Assembly (NCBI RefSeq): GCF_000143415.4
Contig: NW_003314520.1
Coordinates: 1-17,327 of the forward strand
Source of the DNA: Selaginella moellendorffii
Lineage: Eukaryota > Plantae > Lycopodiophyta
DNA: 17,327 nucleotides
Direction of reading: 5' to 3'
Part shown: positions 9,570-17,327 of the stretch, in pieces
Position numbering within the stretch: position 1 is the stretch's first letter
Layout of the letters: every line of letters begins with the position of its first letter
Notes under the pieces: generated by a model
Told to the model about the DNA's origin: nothing
Seen by the model: the letters and a program-made list of their open reading frames with translations, nothing else
The model's database searches: none
Translations under genes and position numbers: made by a program

Positions 9570-9875
9570 ATGGCCGATCAGCAATCTCCTCCTTTGACTC
9601 TAGAGCAGCAGTTGGTTCAATTGCTTGATGCTATGCGCTAGCAATTGAACAACCAAACTCAATTGATGGTGGCATTCACGGCACGTGGTCCAACTCCTCC
9701 TGCTCTTGATGCCAATCCTCATGTTCGGTCGGAGTTCTTTCGTGGGAATCCTGGGGATGATGTGTACCATTGGTTCGATCACTTCACAGTGATTGCCACG
9801 TATCATTCTTGGGATGATGCTCAACGTTTGCATGAGTTTCCCACGTGTCTCCAAGGGACGGCATTGCAGTGGTAC
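9570..9875 (+). pseudogene. gag: gag N-terminal remnant of copy R (in-frame stop; deleted after LQWY)
   Basis: MADQQSPPLTLEQQLVQLLDAMR*QLNNQ...FFRGNPGDDVYHWFDHF...LQGTALQWY; homology to copy L gag stops at 9875. Confidence 0.88.
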
Positions 9876-12611
9876 TTATCTTATACTTCCTTATGTTTCA
9901 TCCATTCCTCTCACTTTCGTACCTCTTTGTCCCTTTACTTTTACTTCTGCTTCTATTACTTTTGTTTCCCCACTATTTCCTCCTACGTTTCTGTCTTGTT
10001 CTGCTCTTCCCTTTTCCGATCCCTCCGAAGATCTTTGTGTTGCAGCTATTGACCAGCTTATGAAGGAATATTCTGATCTCTTTGAATTTGATCTATCGTC
10101 TGGGGCCAAGATTGCCACACGTCATCCGATTCCAACCGGGGATGCTTGTCCAATCAAGGCTCTGGTTCGTCGTCGGTCACCCAAGGAGATCAGGATTTTA
10201 CATGCAAACATCAAGAAGATGTTGGAGAATGGTGTTATTTGGAAGTTGTGGAGTCCTTGGGCATGTGAACCTCATCTTGTGACGAAGCCTGATGGGAGTA
10301 TTTGTTTCTGCATCGATTATTGTCCGTTAAATGAAGTGACAATCCCAGATGTGTACCCTCTTCCTCACACGGTTGATTTCTTGGATTGTCTGGGGTGAAG
10401 TCGTTAGTTCACCAAGCTCGATCTTGCTTCTGGGTACTGGCAAATACCAATGGCTAAAGAAGATATTCCAAAGATTTCTTTTTGTACACCATTTGGTTTG
10501 TACGAGTTCTTAGTGATGCCGTTTGGTTTGAACAATACTCTAGCAACTTTCCAGTGGATGATGGACGAGGTTCTTTGTGATATGCCAGAGGTGACTGTTG
10601 ACTTCATTGATGATGTCTTGATTCACTCGGAGGGGACGTGGGAGGAGCACATTCGTGATATGTGTAAAGTGTTGGATCGGCTACGGGACGTTGGTTTAAA
10701 GCTGAAGCGGTCGAAGTGCGTGTTTGGGTCCAAGGACACAACTTATCTTGGGTACCGTATTTCTCGTGAAGGTTTGCAAGTTGATCCTGACAAACTTGTA
10801 GCCATTCTAAAGTTCCTTACTCCGAAGTGTGTGAATGATGTGCAGCGCTTTCTAGGCAAGGTGTAGTATCTCGGTCGTTTTGTGGATTATCTTTCTGATC
10901 GCACTACACCATTGCGAGCGTTGCTGAAGTCATCAATGTCATCTTTCATCTGGTCTTCCGATTGTGAGCAGGCATTTGTGAATCTCAAAGAGCTGTTAAC
11001 GACTCCTCCGGTTTTGGCATATCCTGACTACACTAGACCTTTTATTTTGCGCATAGATGTTTTTGATATTGGTCTTGGAGGTGTGTTGATGCAAGAAAGC
11101 CCGAGTGTGCCTGGTTAGCATCATCCCATTGCATATATAAGCCGTACGTTACAACCAGTAGAAGTGAACTACTCTACGACAGAGAAGGAGTGTTTAGCGG
11201 CAATTTGGGGTTTCGAGAAACTTCATGCATATCTGGTTCTCGGACGTTACTTGAAGGTGACCATGCTACCGTTACTTCATTATTGAAGCGGAAAAACATG
11301 GTTGGTTGTACTGCTCAGTGGGCTTTGAAGCTTCAAATATACAATTTTGATGTTGTTCATCGCCCAAAGAGTTCTATGGCTGATGCTGATACCCTTTCTC
11401 AAGCTCCTCTTCCTTCTCCGCTCTCTTCTCATGTTTCTGATGAGCCTGTTGTTCCAGCATCTGTGGATTTTCTAGACGAGGATTCTGTGCCGTCGGCGGT
11501 TGCTGTACTTGACGTTCAGTGTCCACAAGGCACAGAACAAGATCTACCTTCTATTGATGAGGTTCGTGAGGCTCAAAAGATTGAGCCATGGACTTGAAGG
11601 CTTTGAGATACATTTGAGAATCCTGCATCACTTGCTAATGACTTGCCTTTTCGGCATTTACATTCTCAATATCGTCTTGAAGATGGCCTTTTTTATTTTG
11701 TGGGGACGGATCCTGGTGATCATTTATGGCTGGTGGTGCCTTCTATCTTTATTCCATGGTTTCTCCATGCCTACCATGATTCTATTGTTCTAGGTGGGCA
11801 TATGGGACATCATCGTATGACCGAGAAGTTGCGTAAGTCTTTCTATTGGCCGGAAATGCGACGTGATGTTATCTAGTATATGCGTAGTTGCATTTGGTGC
11901 CAAACTCGTAATACTCCCCCTTGTGCTACGGAAGGACAGTTGGAGTCAATTGCAGTTTCCCATCCGTTTGAGTTTGTGGCGTTTGATCTTATGGGACCTT
12001 TTTCACAGTCGACTACTGGCAATGAGTATGTTATTATTGCTTTTAACTACTTGACTCATTGGGTGGAAATTGGTGCTCTTGCTAGCGCCTTTGCAACTGT
12101 TGTTGGATACTTCCTCCTCAATCGAGTGGTGTTCCAGCATTTTTGTCTAGAGTGGATTCTTTCGGATAATGGTCCTACATTTATGGCTGAGGTATTTCAT
12201 GTTTTGACGTCTCGGTTGGGGATACGCCACACTTTTACGAGTGCTTATCATCCACAATCAGACGGTTTAGTGGAACGGCTCGTTTGGACATTCAAAGGGA
12301 TGATTGCGAAGTATGTGAACTTTCAGCATTCGGATTGGGATAGTTATTTGCTGTCTCTTCGGTATGCATATGTCACAAGGGTGCAAAGTTCTGTTGGTGC
12401 TTCACCATATAAACTTCTATATGGTTATGATCCAATATTACCAACAAAGCTAGGTTTACCTTCGCGATTGCCATGAGCTCCTGATATTAGGTCATGGGAT
12501 CAATATTTGAAGAGCATTCTTCCACTTGTCCGAGCAGAGTCTACCGAACACTTAGGCCACGTACAAGTGGGATAACAATGGCATTACAACTCCCATCATC
12601 GTCCACCTGCA
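9876..12611 (+). pseudogene. pol: pol remnant of copy R: full RT, RNase H, integrase HHCC and DDE core; no protease motif seen
   Basis: [64 protein letters not shown]...YWPEM..C..CQ, FDLMGP, SDNG, YHPQSDGLVER; multiple nonsense codons. Confidence 0.95.
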
Positions 12612-12619
12612 TCAAGAGT

Positions 12620-12812
12620 GGCATCATAGAGAGGAAATGCCAGGTTGAGGATCTTCCTCAGCTCCTCCTTGGACACTTTAACCTTGAGCGATCCAGCTGA
12701 TTGATCCGGGCAAGCCCAACATGCTTCTACACATACGCTGGAGCTTGCTCCCCTGCATCTTGAAGCTCATCCCAAGCTCCTTGGACTCGGCTGCCAACCT
12801 CGTCTTTTTGAG
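12620..12812 (-). pseudogene. Frameshifted paralogue of the small basic ORF 3211-3408
   Basis: LKKTRLAAESKELGMSFKMQGSKLQRM..[fs]..GSLKVKVSKEELRKILNLAFPLYDA. Confidence 0.5.
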
Positions 12813-13777
12813 CACCAGCACCACCACTGGCTCGTGGCGCTGCTGCTGCCGCTCTAGCAGGGAAATCTTTTATTGACTGCTATTGACTGGGCATTGACTG
12901 GGCTGTTAGCTCGCCTGCTCTGTGTGACCCTCTTCTTCCTGTGCTTCTTTTTGAGCAGCAATAAGGAGAGCCTAGCTATGGCAGGGATATGCATGGAGGG
13001 GCAATTCCTGTGCACCTTCACAAGCAACTAGGCGTGATGGGACTACTGTTATAAGTGCCACTACATCAAAGGCAACAGTGAGATTTGCAGCACTGGAGTT
13101 TGCCATCACCTCAAATGCAATTGTATCGCCCCTGCAGCTGAATCACGTGGTAAAATCCTGTTACTCCAAAGTCTCAATTGTTAAAAGTTTATTATATAAG
13201 CACACTTACCAGAGAGAAGAATAGTAATTGGCACACAACAGTTACTTCAATAGTTTGGTTGTTTTTCACTTGCAAGGGCATTCGATGAGAAACAAAGAAA
13301 AGAAGAACATTGAAAAGCGATTCTCCTCAATCACAAAGTTGAGAAGAGGAAGTAGAAATTCGTTTTTTCCTCTCTTAACCTGTCCTCCACGTCTTCCATA
13401 ATTCCTAACTGATGTTCCACATTTCATAATCTCTGTCCCATATCTTAGCAATTGAGTATTGATGTTCTTGATCAAGCCCCCCAAGGTCACTGGAGCACTT
13501 GTACACATTTTCTTTGCACCAATAATACGGCATATCTTGGCAACTAACAGCGCAGCATCGTTTCCTTCGCTCGTAACATAGCTCTAGCTAGGGCTAAAGG
13601 AAGACTCACGGCCATACTGAGATGGAACGCCACTAAAGCTCAAACACTAGAACTGGAAAGATCTCTTCATTGCCAGGTATATGAAGTACAAACAACAAAG
13701 GTTTTCTGCTCCTAGTTTTAGTAATGCTTGTGATACAAGATTGTTTTCGATCATCCCCCAAGGGGCTGATTCGACAA

Positions 13778-14135
13778 TCAGTGGCGAGCTCTCTTGCTCG
13801 GTGGCCCGGCTTGTTGTTGCTGAAGCGCCAGTTGCCTTGTGAAGTAGTTCATCTCCTTAGCCAGTCGCCTCCTGTTCGCTTCCTCCTCTTGCTGGAGCGC
13901 CAGGGCTACTATCCGTGTGATCCGGTCGGCATGGGGAGGATCCAACGCCACCTCGTCGTCCATGTAATGGCAGTCCGGCCTGATTGTTGTTGGTCTTGGC
14001 CCAGTGATCATAGTCCGCGAAGTCGAAGCTATCGTATTGTTTCACCCGGATGCTCCTATTGTTACCAGCCTCGATCGCCAAGTCGTCAATCATGCGCTTG
14101 AGCTCAACATACCGCTCAACGTCCACCGCCACCAT
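13778..14135 (-). pseudogene. Frameshifted copy of the 121-aa orphan gene
   Basis: Identical N-terminus MVAVDVERYVELKRMI; an 8-bp deletion (gagggcgc) at ~13983 splits it into track ORFs 13857..14219 and 13778..14011. Confidence 0.8.
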
Positions 14136-14623
14136 CTTCGATCTGCTCCGCTCATGAGAAGTTCTTCTGGACTCCTTTTTACAATCACTAACCCTATACA
14201 AAACAAATGGATATGCCACTTTTTTGCCAAATATTCTTTCATTATCTTTAAGACAAAAAAAAAGGTTTTAACCGGCTTATTGAAATATTTTTAAATTTGT
14301 TTTATGGAGCAGCGATCTCCACAGATTTGAAGAGCTAGGAGCGAGGAACTAGAAATTCGTGGATTCAACCAGAGTTTCAAAGACTTGTTTTGTCCCTGAA
14401 TTTTTTCCATCTTTCACTGAGCTCATCGATGGCATCAACTCTCTGCTTTCAGGATTTAATCTCCTCGTCATCCGTCCAAGCATCAATCCCGTCCTCAGTC
14501 CAAGTCGTCCAGCAAGAGTTTCTGCCACCAGCTGGGACGCTCTGCATGTATAGCCCCTGGTAATTAATCCGCTGGAGAAAGCTCCCACGAAAATTCGCCT
14601 TGCATGTGCGCGGCTGCGGGGTT

Positions 14624-14720
14624 AAAAGGAGACTGCATAAACATGCACACACTTGTCAATTACAAAATCATGCAAGGAGAGTAGGGGAGAAAAACAAGAA
14701 CAGTACACACACACCGAAAC
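14624..14720 (-). repeat. Paralogous copy of the 3' part and acceptor of the intron at 15689-15775
   Basis: gactgcataaacatgcacacacttgtcaa (14631-) vs gactgcataaacaagcacacacttgtcaa (15687-); acceptor tttatgcAG ends at 14633. Confidence 0.75.
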
Positions 14721-14820
14721 AAGAAACACCAGGGGAGAAAAAAAAAGTGGCAGCCATGCCTCCAATGATGTCCTCTAGATCCGTAATTGTACATGGCACC
14801 TCGATCTCGTGCAGGGCGCT

Positions 14821-15975
14821 TCATCCAAACGCAATTAAAGCAAGCTTTTGCATGCGGTTCAGAACTTCCCTCTCCTCTCTTTCAAATGCTTCCCTGAAGC
14901 CCTTGCGTGAGTCGTCGTCCATGGGAGGCAGGACAATGGTCATCTGGGGAATAGGCAGATCAAGCCTTTTCCACGAATGCCTGCCAGTCTTCGTAACCTT
15001 TGGCTGACCGTCTTCAATCACGTAGTCCCTCAAACCCATGAAACTCCCCGCTTGCTTGATGCTTAACTCCTGGATTATAATTTATCATGTTCACAAGCTC
15101 CCCATTCCCCAGCACATCCCTGTATCGCCTCTTGAACGCTTTCAACAGCTCCGAAGGCTTTTAGGCATCCATATGGAAAGTCACAAACTGGGCCTCATCC
15201 ATTGTCGTCTCAGCGGCATCAGCACCATTCCGGGATGGACTTGCGAAGAGGACCCTCCTTCCTCGTGTGGCTCTATATCCTTGAAAGCTATCGTCCACAA
15301 GGAGCCAAGTCCCTGCTAAGCTCAACAGGTCTGTCGGAACTTTAGATCTCTCCGCCCAGCGAGATGATGATGAAGACCCTGGCATCCACAAACAGTTGCA
15401 CTAAAATGTATCTCCAGCTAGTTCCGCATCGCTGAGGAGCTCGCGAACGAAGTACCAGATGCAGCACGACTTCCTATCCCCGGATTACCGGAGATGTGCG
15501 CGAAGATGCTGTGGCCGTGTCTCAGCTGACGATAGATCTTCTCGTAAGACTTGCGAACGAGGATGTCGGCAGGGTTGGCTGTGAGCTCGGCTATGACGGC
15601 AGGGAGCCTCAGAAATCCTTCCGCATCCCAACCCCTGCACAGGTGCGAGCGGGTGTCCGGGGGAAAATCTTGTCCTCGGCAAAAGGGACTGCATAAACAA
15701 GCACACACTTGTCAAAGTTACAAATCATGGAAGAGCAGAGGAAACATACACACAACGAAAACAAAAAGACTGTACCTCGAATGATATGCTCTGCCCCGGC
15801 GTCGAACTTGACACGGTTTAAGCCATCGTCCACGCTCATCCGGCTTCTTGTAAAAGAAGCTTAGGGCGCCAGCCGTAAGAACCTCTCCGACCCGCACTTT
15901 GCCATTCTTTAGACAGAACTTGAGCTTGTCATCCATCCATGCGAAAGTACACGATGCCACTCCTTCCTCATCCTC
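14821..15975 (-). pseudogene. Crinkler/RHS-type (CR effector-like) P-loop NTPase pseudogene
   Basis: ILVRKSYEKIYRQL..AHISGNPGIG[1-nt fs]KSCCIWYFVRELL (Walker A, ~15467-15489); TWLLVD (Walker B, 15293-15307); RVLFASPS; FHMDA*KPSELL (F.MP.W...EL motif with a stop in place of W at 15161-15163). Preceded by a ~65-aa N-terminal exon and an 87-bp GT-AG intron. Boundaries approximate. Confidence 0.75.
15689..15775 (-). other. 87-bp spliceosomal intron in the CR-like gene
   Basis: Minus strand CGAG|GTACAG ... U-rich ... TTTATGCAG|TCCC. Confidence 0.75.
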
Positions 15976-16037
15976 TTACTCATCGCCCTCGTTCGCTTCC
16001 CACAGCCTCACTGAACCATAGTTTTTGTGAGAGCTAC

Positions 16038-16560
16038 CTATAGAAAATGAGACGAAACAAAACCCATGGCTGCTGCTCTGCTGCTGCTCTCCATTGTCTG
16101 AAAAGAAAGCAATGAGATTTGTCAAAAGATTGCTTTCAGCAATATTCTCTCCTTTCACTGCACAGGCCAGCAGCAGCACTAATAGAGAAGCAAGCATCTC
16201 TCCATCCCAAAATGAAACAGATAAATGCTTTTTGTGGGTTCCAGCTGAAGAAGAATCCATCGATTTTGTTACGATCATGTGAGAGAGCACTTACCTTGCA
16301 AGTCCTTCTTGCGGAGTAAAATTCCTAGAGCGTAGAAACAACATCTACGACTTTGTAAAGTTTAAAATTTTGAACTAAGAATGGAGAGAGAAAAGCTTAC
16401 TTACGACCAGAAAAGTCTCGAGAGTGAAAATAAAGAAGAAAAGGGATACCACTCACAAGTTTGAGATTCCTGAGATACATCTCCACTCCAGGAGCTAGGA
16501 CAAAGTGCAATAAATAATGACTCCAGAAGCTTATGGATAAATAAACCACCATAAACCATT
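16038..16560 (-). other. Putative chain of small exons and introns of an unidentified minus-strand gene
   Basis: Consensus donors GTGAGT (16456), GTAAGT (16404) and GTAAGT (16294); pyrimidine-rich acceptors ending at 16325 (ctctAG) and 16038 (ttctatAG). Confidence 0.4.
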
Positions 16561-17327
16561 TCCTTTCGAAAAATGAAGGTGAAAAAAAAGTATCCCAAAT
16601 CCAAAAGCTATCCAGCTCCGACCGAAGAAATTCTTCTTTCTTGCGGAGTGCTCGATCTCGTCAACTTCTCCCCGATTTTGCAGAATGCAAGGCAAATTTT
16701 TGTGGGAGCTTTATCCAGCAGATTGATTACCAGGTCCCAGGAGCGAAAGCTGGCGGAAGAAACTCTTGCTGGTCGACTTGGAGTGGTGGGGAGAGAACAA
16801 GATTGGACGCATGATGCTCCGACGGATGGCAAGGAGATTAAATCCTAGAAGCAGACAGTACGAGCTCAGTGAAAGCTAGGGACAGAAGCGAGTGAAAATC
16901 CGCTTCCAATCGTTTCGAAACTCTGGTTTTATACGCCATCACGAATATCTGGCTCCTCACTCCTGAGCTCTTCAAATCGGTGGAGAGCATAAAACAAATT
17001 TAGTAAACCGGTTAAGTTGCTGAAAACCTTTATCTTAAAGATGGTGAAACAATATTTGGCGAAAAACGTAGTATATCCGTTTGTTTCGTATAGGGTTTGT
17101 GCTTGTAAAAGGGAAACTAGAAGAACTTCTCACGAGCAGAGCAGATCGGAGATGGTGGCGGTGGACGTTGAGCGGTATGTTGAGCTCAAGCGCATGATCG
17201 ACGACTTGGCGATTGAGGCTGGTAACAATAGGAGCATCCGGGTGAAACAATACGATAGCTTCGACTTCGCGGGCTATGATCACTGGGCCGAGACCAACAA
17301 CAAGAGGGCGCTCAGGCCGGACTGCCA
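16509..17327 (+). repeat. Module A, copy 3 (direct repeat of 1027-1875; runs off the window)
   Basis: Direct alignment with copy 1, offset ~15.5 kb. Confidence 0.95.
17152..17327 (+). CDS. Third copy of the 121-aa orphan gene (5' part; open to the window end)
   Basis: MVAVDVERYVELKRMIDDLAIEAGNNRSIRVKQYDSFDFAGYDHWAETNNKRALRPDC; 4 substitutions vs copy 1 by eye (2 synonymous). Confidence 0.65.
   Translation, partial: MVAVDVERYVELKRMIDDLAIEAGNNRSIRVKQYDSFDFAGYDHWAETNNKRALRPDC

Larger units (their letters stand above)
9180..12611 (+). mobile_element. Degenerate Ty3/gypsy LTR retrotransposon, copy R (same family as L; 3'-truncated, no PPT or 3' LTR)
   Basis: 5'LTR, PBS, gag start, RT, RNase H and integrase are homologous to the reverse complement of copy L down to 4583; homology stops at 12611. 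Confidence 0.95.
12620..14605 (-). repeat. Module A, copy 2 (inverted)
   Basis: The reverse complement aligns with 1209-3402 with several indels; 12809-12957 replaces 2969-3239. Confidence 0.93.

Noticed and set aside
9876-10030. Pyrimidine-rich stretch giving hydrophobic ORFs (9845..10063 and the tail of 9645..10052)
   Set aside because: Best explained as the low-complexity protease-RT linker, in frame with RT (ORF 9793..10398), not a separate gene or env-like ORF.
10600-10620. FIDD instead of YxDD in the RT active site (both copies)
   Set aside because: FIDD is a common variant in plant Ty3/gypsy RTs, so it is not novel.

Overview
Eukaryotic, almost certainly land-plant, repeat-rich DNA. 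The PLS-class PPR remnant, short GT-AG introns and non-chromoviral Ty3/gypsy suggest a lycophyte such as Selaginella; this is inference only. No intact housekeeping gene, RNA gene or CRISPR array is visible. Layout: PPR pseudogene (1-336); module A copy 1 (1027-3402, +), carrying an intact 121-aa orphan ORF and a small basic ORF; decayed Ty3/gypsy element (4099-8467, -) with 175-bp LTRs, a tRNA-Ala-like PBS and a nested 874-bp PIF/Harbinger-type element; 712-bp spacer with a 27-bp minisatellite; second decayed copy of the same gypsy family head-to-head (9180-12611, +); module A copy 2 inverted (12620-14605); Crinkler/RHS-type P-loop NTPase pseudogene (~14821-15975, -); module A copy 3 (16509-end, +). 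Positions ~1209-14605 therefore form a ~13.4-kb imperfect palindrome whose symmetry stops exactly at the two 5' LTR termini, and A2/A3 form a second inverted repeat around the Crinkler-like gene. All alignments and counts were made by eye.
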